Part shown: in pieces, positions 55,888 through 64,000 of the stretch
How positions within the stretch are numbered: position 1 is the stretch's first letter
How the letters are laid out: each line of letters starts with the position of its first letter
Source: an uncultured Christensenella sp.
GTDB taxonomy: Bacteria; Bacillota; Clostridia; Christensenellales; UBA3700
Reading direction: 5' to 3'
DNA length: 64,000 nucleotides
Assembly: GCA_964478025.1 (NCBI GenBank)
Contig: CAYZGK010000003.1
Coordinates: 6,645-70,644, forward strand
The notes under the pieces: generated by a model
Told to the model about the DNA's origin: nothing
The model's input: the letters and a program-made list of their open reading frames with translations, nothing else
Databases searched by the model: none
Translations under genes and position numbers: made by a program

Positions 55888-57033
55888 CTAAATAGCCTCA
55901 TTAAACTTAAAGAACACTTTATTATATAGTTCAAAATAATATTCTTCAGATACTAAATCACTTTCTTTTATTTTCTTTAAATATCTTTTTGCTTCCTTTA
56001 AAGATATATCATCAATAAATCTTTCAAGTATGATAACCATTGAAACTGTAAAGTTTTGTTTTGCAGCTTCTTTTAATGGTTTTACGCTTTCACTTTTTAT
56101 TCCTAGTAAAGTTAAAGCATATTCGTTTTTATTTTTAGCTTCTTCCTTTATAATCTCTGGATTAAAATTATATCCTAAGTTTTCATGATTAAACCCAAGT
56201 TTAATTAAACAAGCATAAATATAGTCTTCAAAGCGTTGAATACTATAATCTTCACTCTTATATGGCAATTTAGCATCAAAATCTAATTCAGCTAAATCCG
56301 CAAATTCTACAAATGTATTATTGTATTTATTGTTATAATAAATTTCATTTATAGCAAAGTTATCATATACTCTTCTAGTAACAAATGCTCTTTGACCTTT
56401 ACTATTAGCAACAAAACCTACAAGACTAAAATCTCCACAATGTAAATTGTCTTTAAGTTCAGTTACAAGAATAGTTATATCATTACGTTTTGTAAAATTA
56501 AAACCTTTATAAGGGCTCTCCTGCTTAACCACCTTATTCTTATCTTTTATAGATTTGCTAATTTCATTAAATTTTGGCATAAAAGCATCTAATATTTCAT
56601 CAATTGTCTTTTTATCATGATTCATAAGTAAAGGATTGATAACCATTTCCTTAAATAGGTGATTATCTCCAAATGTTGGCACCAAAATCTTTTTAACAAA
56701 GGCTATATTAAAAGACTTATCTTCAGCGAGTTTTTTTACAGCACCATTAGAAATTTTCTTTATTTGAATTTCTGCTAATTTTTTATAATTTTCATCTTTT
56801 ACATACTTTTGAACTACTGAAAAATTCTTATAAGCTGAAACTACATTTTTCTTCATGTCATATCCATTTGCTTCACAAAATGAAATGTAGTATAAAGACT
56901 TGATTTTATCTTCTACTGAATACAACGAAGAAGTAAGAACCATGTTAAAATTACGCAAGCATTCACCATACATATTCTCGTTAAAATATTTAACACCCAT
57001 TTTAAAATATCTATCTTTATTAAAGAAATCCAT
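55888..57033 (-). CDS. Hypothetical protein (381 aa; no family recognised)
   Basis: GGAGGT precedes the ATG at 57033 (MDFFNKDRYFKMGV...). The listed start at 57147 would include the RBS and AT-rich leader. Confidence 0.5.
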   Translation of the reverse strand: MDFFNKDRYFKMGVKYFNENMYGECLRNFNMVLTSSLYSVEDKIKSLYYISFCEANGYDMKKNVVSAYKNFSVVQKYVKDENYKKLAEIQIKKISNGAVKKLAEDKSFNIAFVKKILVPTFGDNHLFKEMVINPLLMNHDKKTIDEILDAFMPKFNEISKSIKDKNKVVKQESPYKGFNFTKRNDITILVTELKDNLHCGDFSLVGFVANSKGQRAFVTRRVYDNFAINEIYYNNKYNNTFVEFADLAELDFDAKLPYKSEDYSIQRFEDYIYACLIKLGFNHENLGYNFNPEIIKEEAKNKNEYALTLLGIKSESVKPLKEAAKQNFTVSMVIILERFIDDISLKEAKRYLKKIKESDLVSEEYYFELYNKVFFKFNEAI

Positions 57034-57655
57034 AATATAACCTCCTACAATTTTTATTTCTATATTTATACTTAATCTAACAATTACAAATATAGTGTAA
57101 GAATTATACTTGTGAAAATGATACTTGTAAAGGAAACATTGTCCCAATTTTGGTATTTACAACTTGTTAGTGTAAAATTTTCAAAAATATTTTTATAATT
57201 TTTCGAAAAATTCACTCATTTTCTATATACATTTTTTCTTCCACTATTTTTTTACGCTTACATAGTACAACAAACTTTTAGTTTAAATGTCCCTTTCAAA
57301 TTGACATTTTGAATTTAAATTTTAAAAAAATATTATTACTCAAAAATTTTCTATTTTTATCTTTTATTATAAAATTTGACTTAATTTAAAACTATTTTAG
57401 AAATTTAACTTCTATTTTTACCAAATTTTTGAATATTTAAAGAAAAGTATTCGTATAACGAGATTTCGAATATTCCTCGTTTTTTGAATTTTTATCTGTT
57501 TACAAAATGGAAATTATAGTTTATTTATTAAAAAGGATCTTTATATGTAGTGTTTTAATTTTAATATAAAGTGTACTTCCCTATGAAAATTTAAAACCAC
57601 TTCCCTACTTTAAAACATACAGTATTTTCCGGCAGTTTCGCTATAGGGAATAGTT

Positions 57656-58828
57656 TTATAGATTTGGTTTTAATTCGATTTTTTCCAAGTTTGCTATTGC
57701 TAGATCAATTAGTTCTTCTTCGTTTTCAATCTTTTGATTTTCCTCTATGGCAACCTCAATTTTTGGTTTTATAACAGGAAAATCTGGAAGAAATACTGTA
57801 CAGCAATCAGGATATGGAAGTTTAGATAAGTTTGCAGTTCCAATTTTTTCTGCAGTGTCCATTATTTCATATTTATCCATTCCTATAAGTGGTCTAAATA
57901 CTGGTAATAACTTAACAGCTTCATTAGTTGATGTTATAGACTGAACAGTTTGAGACGCAACTTGTGCTAAAGACTCTCCAGTAATTAAAGCTTCGCATCC
58001 AATTTGATTTGCAAGCTTCTCTGCTATTTTTATCATAATTCTACGCATAATAGTTATCATAAAGTTTGCTTTACACTTTTCATGAATAGTTTCTTGAATT
58101 TGTGTAAATGGTACTATATACAAATCTATGTTGCCACAATACTTTGTTAATTGTTGGGTCAAATCAATAACTTTTTGTTTTGCTTGAAGTGATGTATGAG
58201 GATATGAATGAAAATGAATTGCAGATATCTTCATTCCTCTTCTTGCCATACGCCATGCGGCAACTGGAGAATCAAAACCTCCAGATATTAGTACAAGGCC
58301 ATGGCCAGATACTCCAACTGGCATACCTTGGGCACATAGTATTTTTTCTGAATAAATATATGTATAACCTCTTTCTCTTATATCTACATTTATATTTACA
58401 TCAGGATTATGTAAATCAACTTTAACATCTTTAACATTATCAAGTATTACACCACCCATTTTTGCAGCAATTTCCGATGATGTTAAAGGAAGTGTTTTAT
58501 CTGCTCTAACACATGTAATTCTAAATGTTTGGCCACTTCTTGGTGCATAATTTAAAATCTCTTTTGCAATGTTTTCAATTGAAGTTTCAATTTTTGAAGC
58601 AATAGATAATGAATGTAAACCAAATACTTTTGTTACTCTATCTATAATCTCATCTTGATCAAATTCCGAATATTCTTCAATATAATATCTATTTTGACTT
58701 TTCTTAAATTTATAGTTAATTCCGGATAATTGCTTTTTAATGTTATCCATTAATTTATTATCAAAATAACTTTGATTTTTACCTTTTAAAAATATTTCAC
58801 CAATTCTTAGAACTATTACTTGACCCAT
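57656..58828 (-). CDS. thiI: tRNA 4-thiouridine synthase ThiI
   Basis: N-terminal THUMP domain and PP-loop SGGFDSPVAAW. Confidence 0.9.
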   Translation of the reverse strand: MGQVIVLRIGEIFLKGKNQSYFDNKLMDNIKKQLSGINYKFKKSQNRYYIEEYSEFDQDEIIDRVTKVFGLHSLSIASKIETSIENIAKEILNYAPRSGQTFRITCVRADKTLPLTSSEIAAKMGGVILDNVKDVKVDLHNPDVNINVDIRERGYTYIYSEKILCAQGMPVGVSGHGLVLISGGFDSPVAAWRMARRGMKISAIHFHSYPHTSLQAKQKVIDLTQQLTKYCGNIDLYIVPFTQIQETIHEKCKANFMITIMRRIMIKIAEKLANQIGCEALITGESLAQVASQTVQSITSTNEAVKLLPVFRPLIGMDKYEIMDTAEKIGTANLSKLPYPDCCTVFLPDFPVIKPKIEVAIEENQKIENEEELIDLAIANLEKIELKPNL

Positions 58829-58829
58829 T

Positions 58830-59966
58830 TTATTTATGTAATTCCTTTTCTTTATTTAAAGCTTCTAATAAGCAATTTAAAGCAATATCTAAATCTTCTA
58901 TAGATAAATCCCAATCATAACTTATTCTAAGCATTCCATCGTAATATTTTGAATCTAATCCAAGCGCCATAGGAATTCTCTTTAATCCTTTTTTAGCAGA
59001 ACATGCTGAACCTGTTCCTATGATTATATCTTTAGACTCAAGATAATGAACAACACCTTCTCCTCTTACATTTGGCAAAGCAAATGATACTATATATGGA
59101 GACGAGGCATTAACATTTGTATTAATTATGACATTTTCAACTTTTTCATTTAAAAACTCAATGACGTGATTTTGTAAATATCTAGCTTTTGCGTATTTTT
59201 CTTGAATATTTTCAAATGTCTTATTTATAGCGACGTTAAAAGCAGCAATTCCAGCTACATTTTCCGTTGCAGATCTAATATTATTTTCTTGTCCACCACC
59301 AAATATAAATGTTCTTGGATTTACTGTATTTTTAATATATACAGCACCTACTCCCTTTGGTCCATGAATTTTATGGCTTGACATTGTAAAACAGTCCACA
59401 TTTAAGTTTTTTAAGTTTACTGGAACCTTACCAAACCCTTGAACTCCATCACAATGAAATATAACGTTTTTATTTTTTAATTTTGCATAAGTTGCTAATT
59501 CTTTTATTTGATTTAAAGCCCCTGTTTCATTACAAACAAGCATAACTGAAACAAGTACAACATCTTGTGTCATTTTCTTCTCAAAATCGCTAAAATCAAC
59601 TCTACCAAATCTATCTACATTAATATATTCAAGTTCATAACCTAATTCTTTTAATCTTAAAGCAGTATTGTTTATAGCAGCATGCTCAACAGATGAAATT
59701 AAAACCTTACCTTTTTTAGCTTTTATAGTTGAAAGTAAACACAAATTATCTCCTTCAGAACCTGAAGCTGTAAAATATATTTCCTCTTGTAAACATCCTA
59801 ATTTTTTAGCGATATTTGCTCGAACTGAATTTATAACATTAAGTGGAGTTAAAGCTTGTGCATATAATGCAGATGGATTGAAATAAATATCACAAGAATA
59901 CTTTTTGTATTCTTCTAAACATTCTTCATACATTTTTGTTGTTGCTGCATTATCTAAATAAATCAT
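58830..59966 (-). CDS. Cysteine desulfurase (NifS/IscS family, class V aminotransferase)
   Basis: The sequence IYLDNAATT, the PLP lysine in SSHKIHGPKGVGA, and the active-site Cys in GSACSA. It is paired with thiI. The start is either MIYLDNAAT (59966) or the listed 59978. Confidence 0.85.
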   Translation of the reverse strand: MIYLDNAATTKMYEECLEEYKKYSCDIYFNPSALYAQALTPLNVINSVRANIAKKLGCLQEEIYFTASGSEGDNLCLLSTIKAKKGKVLISSVEHAAINNTALRLKELGYELEYINVDRFGRVDFSDFEKKMTQDVVLVSVMLVCNETGALNQIKELATYAKLKNKNVIFHCDGVQGFGKVPVNLKNLNVDCFTMSSHKIHGPKGVGAVYIKNTVNPRTFIFGGGQENNIRSATENVAGIAAFNVAINKTFENIQEKYAKARYLQNHVIEFLNEKVENVIINTNVNASSPYIVSFALPNVRGEGVVHYLESKDIIIGTGSACSAKKGLKRIPMALGLDSKYYDGMLRISYDWDLSIEDLDIALNCLLEALNKEKELHK

Positions 59967-60417
59967 ATTTATCCTCACAAGTTAACGCTGAATATAAAAC
60001 ATCATCTAAGTTTAATATATATTTATCGCCATTTGATAATTCTACTAAATACTTGTCATATAAACAAGTTTTTGAATACAAACTTTTTATATTTTGCTCA
60101 CCATTATATAGTGTTATATCCTTTATTTCAGACTTTTTTATACTCAAAAATACATAAGGTTTTCTAAAGTAAGTCTTTGTAACATTAAGCTCCCCTTTAT
60201 AGTATGTATATTCAATCTTATATGTCATATAAATAGTAGATACTCTAAGGGCAAGGAAAAACAAATAATCAAGAGCAATATAAAGAAACACTATTGGAAA
60301 CAATATAGCTGTTGCTATCAAGAAAATATTTATCAAATCCACCAAAAAAGCTAATCCTAAAATTATTAGAACCAAAGGTTTAAGTTTATTGTTATGATAG
60401 CAATAATTATGTCTCAT
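59950..60417 (-). CDS. Two-TM membrane protein with a small C-terminal soluble domain (hypothetical)
   Basis: 155 aa with two adjacent hydrophobic helices followed by a beta-rich region of about 90 aa. No family was recognised. Confidence 0.4.
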   Translation of the reverse strand: MRHNYCYHNNKLKPLVLIILGLAFLVDLINIFLIATAILFPIVFLYIALDYLFFLALRVSTIYMTYKIEYTYYKGELNVTKTYFRKPYVFLSIKKSEIKDITLYNGEQNIKSLYSKTCLYDKYLVELSNGDKYILNLDDVLYSALTCEDKYDLFR

Positions 60418-60444
60418 ATTTTACTAAAATTACCAAAGTATAAG

Positions 60445-62802
60445 CTATTTTATAGTAACTATCGTAACTCCGGTATCCCCTTCGCCATAGTTTCCTAATC
60501 TATACTTTTCTACAATAGGACACTTCTTTAGATAGTCTTGCACATATTTTCTTAAAATACCTTGTCCTTTTCCATGTACAATTCTTACCTCTTTATATCC
60601 TTTTGCTTTTGCCTTATATAAATAATCTTCAAGATCGTATAAAGCATCATCTGAATTTTGACCAACTATATTTAACTCACTTGTTATATTATATGAATAA
60701 TCTCCACCATTAAAAGAAACTGAAACTTTCTTTTCTTCCTTTGGAGCGTTTAAAATTTTAGCTTTTTGTAAATCCTTTATTTTCATTTTTGAAGATAAAA
60801 CGCCAATTTTTACAGTACACTCTTTCTTATTTGGCATTATATCTAAAACAGTTCCTATTTCATTTAATGACTTAACAAAAACAGAATCTCCCTTCTTTAT
60901 TTCACCATCAGCTTTTTCATAATGGATTTTTTCATCAGATTTAACTTCTATTCTATTAAGTTTACCCTTTAATGCTCTTGCTTCATACAAAGCCTGTTCC
61001 GTACCTTCTTGAACTTTTTGTTTGATTTCTTCAACAAGTTCTTCAGCCTCATCTAAATAATTCCCTAAAACTTCTTTTGCAGATTTTCTTAATTTTTCCT
61101 CAAGTTTTTCTTTCTTTAACTCAAGTTCTTTAATCAATTGATCATATTTTTTAACTTGCTCTTGTGCTTTTAAGAATTCCGCTTCAGCTTGAGCTTTTAA
61201 GGCATCAGCCTCTCTTCTATTTATTTCAGCTCCACGAATAATATTATTAAATTTATTATCCTCATCAGATATTAAACTCTTAGCTTTTTCAACTATATCC
61301 TCTCTAAGTCCTAATAGTTTAGCTATTTCAAGAGCGTTAGAAGATGCTGTTTGGCCCATTAAAAGTCTATATGTTGGCTTAAATGTTACAGGTTCAAAAT
61401 CCATACCGGCAATATTTACACCATCAGTGGCGTAAGCGTATTCCTTCAATTCTTTATAGTGAGAGGTAACTATTGTTTTTATATTCTTATTTTTTAAATA
61501 AGATACTACCGCAATAGCAAGTGCAGCTCCTTCAACTGGATCCGTTCCAGCACCTAATTCATCAAATAAAACTAAATCGTTTTTTGTAGCATTATTGGTT
61601 ATATCAATAATAGTTTTTAAATGAGCTGAAAAAGTAGATAAATTATTTTCAATAGATTGATTATCTCCAATATCACAAAGTATATCATCAAATATAGATA
61701 TATTTGTTTCTTCACCCGCTGGAACAAATAATCCTGACATAGCCATAAGCGTTAATATTCCAACCAATTTAATAGAAACAGTCTTTCCACCCGTATTTGG
61801 ACCAGATATTAAAAGCGTATTAAACTTTTCCCCTAAAGATATAGAAACAGGAACAACTTTATCTTTATCTAAAAGTGGATGTCTTCCCTTTTTTATATCT
61901 ATAAAACCTTTATCATTAAGTAATGGATAAACGCCCTTTACTGACCTTGAATACTGAGCTTTTGCAAAAATAATATCTAATTTTATTAATGTATCGTAAG
62001 TTTCAGATATCTCATAAAAAGATGCATCAATATCTTGAGATAAACCTCTTAAGATTTTTTCAATTTCAGCTTCTTCTTGTAACTGTAATTCTCTAAGTTC
62101 ATTATTAAGCTCAACAATTGCTATTGGCTCTATGTATGTTGTTTGACCTGTAGCAGATTGATCATGAATTAAACCTTGAACTTGTGCCTTATATGCCGTT
62201 TTTACAGGAATAACATATCTATTATTTCTAATTGTTACAAGATTATCTTGCATTATTGATTCAAATTGAGAGCCTCTTATATAGGATGAAATTTTTTCTC
62301 TTATTTTTCTATTTGTTTCAATTATAGATTGTCTTATCCATGCAAGTTTTTGAGAAGCGTTTGAAGAAACTTCCGTTTCTGATAATATACAACTATTAAT
62401 TTTATCGTCTAAATCTGTCCCAACAAAAATTGCATTGGTATACTCTTTTAATAAAGGCAATTCATTATCTGGCGTGGATAGAATATTCTTTTTAACACTT
62501 TTTGCAACCTTTAAAAGTTTAGCAACCTTTAGTAATTGCTCACAATTAAGAGTTTTTCCCCTATGAGCAAGTTCAAGCGGTTCTGTTACATCATCAAAAC
62601 CAAACGAAACATTAAAACAAAGTTCATACATCATTTTATCTGCTTCTTTTGTTAAATCTAAATCTTTTATAACCTGATTTATTTCACATTTTGGTGTTAA
62701 AGTTAAAATAGATTCTTTTGCTGGCTTTGAATATGCAAAACTTGAAACTAATTTTAATATTTGGTTGTATTCTAAAACTTGTAGTGTTTGTTGATTAATC
62801 AT
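60445..62802 (-). CDS. mutS2: Endonuclease MutS2 (MutS domain plus C-terminal Smr)
   Basis: Walker A GPNTGGKTV, DELGAGTDP, a long coiled coil, and the C-terminal Smr domain VRIVHGKGQGILR. Confidence 0.95.
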   Translation of the reverse strand: MINQQTLQVLEYNQILKLVSSFAYSKPAKESILTLTPKCEINQVIKDLDLTKEADKMMYELCFNVSFGFDDVTEPLELAHRGKTLNCEQLLKVAKLLKVAKSVKKNILSTPDNELPLLKEYTNAIFVGTDLDDKINSCILSETEVSSNASQKLAWIRQSIIETNRKIREKISSYIRGSQFESIMQDNLVTIRNNRYVIPVKTAYKAQVQGLIHDQSATGQTTYIEPIAIVELNNELRELQLQEEAEIEKILRGLSQDIDASFYEISETYDTLIKLDIIFAKAQYSRSVKGVYPLLNDKGFIDIKKGRHPLLDKDKVVPVSISLGEKFNTLLISGPNTGGKTVSIKLVGILTLMAMSGLFVPAGEETNISIFDDILCDIGDNQSIENNLSTFSAHLKTIIDITNNATKNDLVLFDELGAGTDPVEGAALAIAVVSYLKNKNIKTIVTSHYKELKEYAYATDGVNIAGMDFEPVTFKPTYRLLMGQTASSNALEIAKLLGLREDIVEKAKSLISDEDNKFNNIIRGAEINRREADALKAQAEAEFLKAQEQVKKYDQLIKELELKKEKLEEKLRKSAKEVLGNYLDEAEELVEEIKQKVQEGTEQALYEARALKGKLNRIEVKSDEKIHYEKADGEIKKGDSVFVKSLNEIGTVLDIMPNKKECTVKIGVLSSKMKIKDLQKAKILNAPKEEKKVSVSFNGGDYSYNITSELNIVGQNSDDALYDLEDYLYKAKAKGYKEVRIVHGKGQGILRKYVQDYLKKCPIVEKYRLGNYGEGDTGVTIVTIK

Positions 62803-63115
62803 AGATTAATAATATAATAAAACTCCCATTTTTGTAAACAACCTTATGATATAATACTTGAAATTAAAGAAAAATAGACGATCTAAAAAAGACCATCTAT
62901 TCTCAAAAGGTTATCCTATAAGTAGAACTAAAACATTTACTTATTGTCTTAATAATACTACAAAATTTTTGTTTGTGTTAAAGTTGTCAAAATTAAACTA
63001 TTAAATGGCAAAAAAACATATTTGATTTTACCATTTACATATTAAAAACTGATTCAACTTATGTTTAAATCAAACATCATTCAAGTATAAATCTTAACAA
63101 TATGACACAATTTTA

Positions 63116-63144
63116 TTGCTTTTGCATTGCAATGCATATATAAT
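63116..63144 (+). promoter_or_regulatory. Candidate promoter and 14-bp palindromic operator of the toxin-antitoxin operon
   Basis: The -35 element is TTGCTT (63116-63121), the spacer is 17 nt, and the -10 element is TATAAT (63139-63144). The perfect palindrome TGCATTGCAATGCA (63123-63136) fills the spacer. Confidence 0.55.
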
Positions 63145-63168
63145 GTAATAAAAAAGAAGGTAATTATT

Positions 63169-63438
63169 ATGGCAACAACAAATTTTAGTGTTAGATTAGA
63201 CAATGATTTAAAAAAGCAATCTGAAGCAATGTATGGAGAACTTGGAATTAACCTTACAACTGCTATTAATGTATTTTTACGCAAATCCCTAGTTGTTGGC
63301 GGTTTTCCTTTCGATGTTAAGTTAGAAGAACCAAACAAAGAAACTTTACTTGCCTTACTAGAAGCTGAAAAAATATCTAAAGATCCAAACATTAAAGGCT
63401 ATGATGCATTAGAAGCATTAAAAGAACTTAAAAAATGA
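63169..63438 (+). CDS. dinJ: RelB/DinJ-family antitoxin
   Basis: The sequence MATTNFSVRLDNDLKKQSEAMYGELGINLTTAINVFLRKS is a ribbon-helix-helix DinJ signature. The start is at 63169, downstream of the palindrome and -10 element. Confidence 0.85.
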   Translation: MATTNFSVRLDNDLKKQSEAMYGELGINLTTAINVFLRKSLVVGGFPFDVKLEEPNKETLLALLEAEKISKDPNIKGYDALEALKELKK

Positions 63439-63719
63439 GTAAATTAATAGTTGTTTGGACTAGTCAATTTAAAAAAGACTACAAATTAGCAATCAAACGT
63501 CATCAAAATATAGATTTACTTGATGATATAATTATCCATTTATCAAACGGAGAACAATTAGATCCTAAATATAAAGATCACATATTATCTGGAAATTGGC
63601 AAACATTTAGAGAATGCCATATTGCACCAGATTGGCTACTTGTATATAAAATAGAAAATAATAAACTAATTCTCACTTTAGCAAGAACCGGTTCGCATAG
63701 TGATTTATTTAATAAATAA
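63435..63719 (+). CDS. yafQ: YafQ-family (RelE superfamily) mRNA interferase toxin
   Basis: Motifs FKKDYKL, HxLSGNW..FRECHI.PDWLL.Y and RTGSHSDLF. The gene overlaps the antitoxin stop by 4 nt. Confidence 0.85.
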   Translation: MSKLIVVWTSQFKKDYKLAIKRHQNIDLLDDIIIHLSNGEQLDPKYKDHILSGNWQTFRECHIAPDWLLVYKIENNKLILTLARTGSHSDLFNK

Positions 63720-63746
63720 ATTTTAATTACTAACCTATCTATTTTT

Positions 63747-63998
63747 CTATTTTACAAAATAATCAAAGTGCCCTTTAAATGAATTAATATTAGAAATATC
63801 GTTGTTTAACAACGAAGTAAGCTCACTTCTGCTTAAGTTTTCAGCATTTAAATACTTCAATCTTATATTTTCATTTAATAAACTTAAAACTTTTGAATGA
63901 TACATTTCAAAATAACAATATTTTAATTTATGTCTTACTACCCTAAAGTTATTTTCTCTATTTGAATAATAAAAATCACCTTTATATTTACAATTAGC
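63747..63998 (-). CDS. 3' end of a minus-strand ORF continuing beyond the window (hypothetical)
   Basis: The reverse frame is open from the window edge and reads ANCKYKGDFYYSNRENNFRVVRHKLKYCYFEMYHSKVLSLLNENIRLKYLNAENLSRSELTSLLNNDISNINSFKGHFDYFVK, ending at the stop whose complement is at 63747-63749. It is not in the supplied ORF track because it has no start in the window. Confidence 0.3.
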   Translation of the reverse strand, partial: ANCKYKGDFYYSNRENNFRVVRHKLKYCYFEMYHSKVLSLLNENIRLKYLNAENLSRSELTSLLNNDISNINSFKGHFDYFVK

Positions 63999-64000
63999 AC

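Noticed and set aside
57497-57524. Possible dif (Xer) site: TGTTTACAAAATGGAAATTATAGTTTAT resembles the reverse complement of Bacillus dif (AGTTTACATAATATATATTCTAGGAAGT). The nearby ACTTCCCTA motifs resemble the XerC arm ACTTCCTAGAA.
   Set aside because: Only the XerD-arm side matches well (9 of 11). The other arm matches poorly (about 6 of 11), and the ACTTCCCTA copies are not positioned to complete a 28-bp site. The location is not at a global strand-bias switch. A genome-wide GC-skew and dif profile search would be needed.
46961-63100. The 16-kb all-minus-strand block of housekeeping genes could be a replication terminus/origin signature or a recent inversion
   Set aside because: A convergent switch at about 46.97 kb and a divergent switch at about 63.0 kb within 16 kb cannot both be replication landmarks. 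No inverted repeats or IS elements flank the block. It cannot be assessed without genome-scale skew and synteny comparison.
1-64000. Alternative genetic code (UGA=Trp, as in Mollicutes-like AT-rich lineages)
   Set aside because: TGA terminates well-conserved genes at the expected length (folD, xseA). Conserved Trp positions are TGG, and the only tRNA-Trp seen has anticodon CCA.
1-64000. CRISPR arrays, rRNA genes, IS elements/transposases
   Set aside because: No regularly spaced direct repeats, no rRNA-like GC-rich structured stretches and no transposase-like ORFs were seen. The only recombinase is the Xer-like gene at 45115-46179, which has no terminal repeats.

Overview
This window is an AT-rich, Firmicutes-type chromosomal segment using the standard bacterial code: TGA ends folD and xseA, Trp is TGG, and a tRNA-Trp(CCA) is present. 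Most of it is conserved housekeeping backbone in Bacillus/Clostridia-like order. The + strand carries rimP-nusA-ylxR-ylxQ-infB-rbfA-nrnA-truB-ribF, then an Nfo-like gene, pepP and efp. Further along it carries asp23-nusB-folD-xseA-xseB-ispA-dxs-tlyA-nadK-argR-recN, then purB, proC, rnhA and a xer-like recombinase next to lexA. A 16-kb minus-strand block (46.99-62.8 kb) carries mutS2, nifS-thiI, miaB-mutS-mutL-miaA and ynbB. Accessory content sits between these blocks. (1) The best candidate for an undescribed system is an orphan cassette at about 19.2-22.0 kb between efp and asp23. It has an XRE repressor and an ImmA/IrrE metallopeptidase, followed by three translationally coupled genes: a DUF4417-like protein, a small cytoplasmic protein with a clan-CD-like GHG...LLSCNTG His-Cys dyad, and a zinc-ribbon protein. 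No integrase or phage structural genes accompany it. (2) A membrane-tethered barnase-family RNase with all catalytic residues and no barstar nearby is translationally coupled to adenine deaminase, inside an EEP nuclease/ade/RNase/purB cluster. (3) An acidic protein is built from three topoisomerase-type C4 zinc ribbons encoded by a 186-bp in-frame repeat. (4) Two paralogous Cys-rich transglutaminase-core lipoproteins are present. (5) Two unrecognisable genes (55.5-57.0 kb) lie behind a 620-bp AT-rich leader. (6) A DinJ/YafQ toxin-antitoxin pair has a 14-bp palindromic operator in its promoter. No CRISPR array, rRNA or clear transposon was seen. All calls come from reading the translations and sequence; no database search was run.
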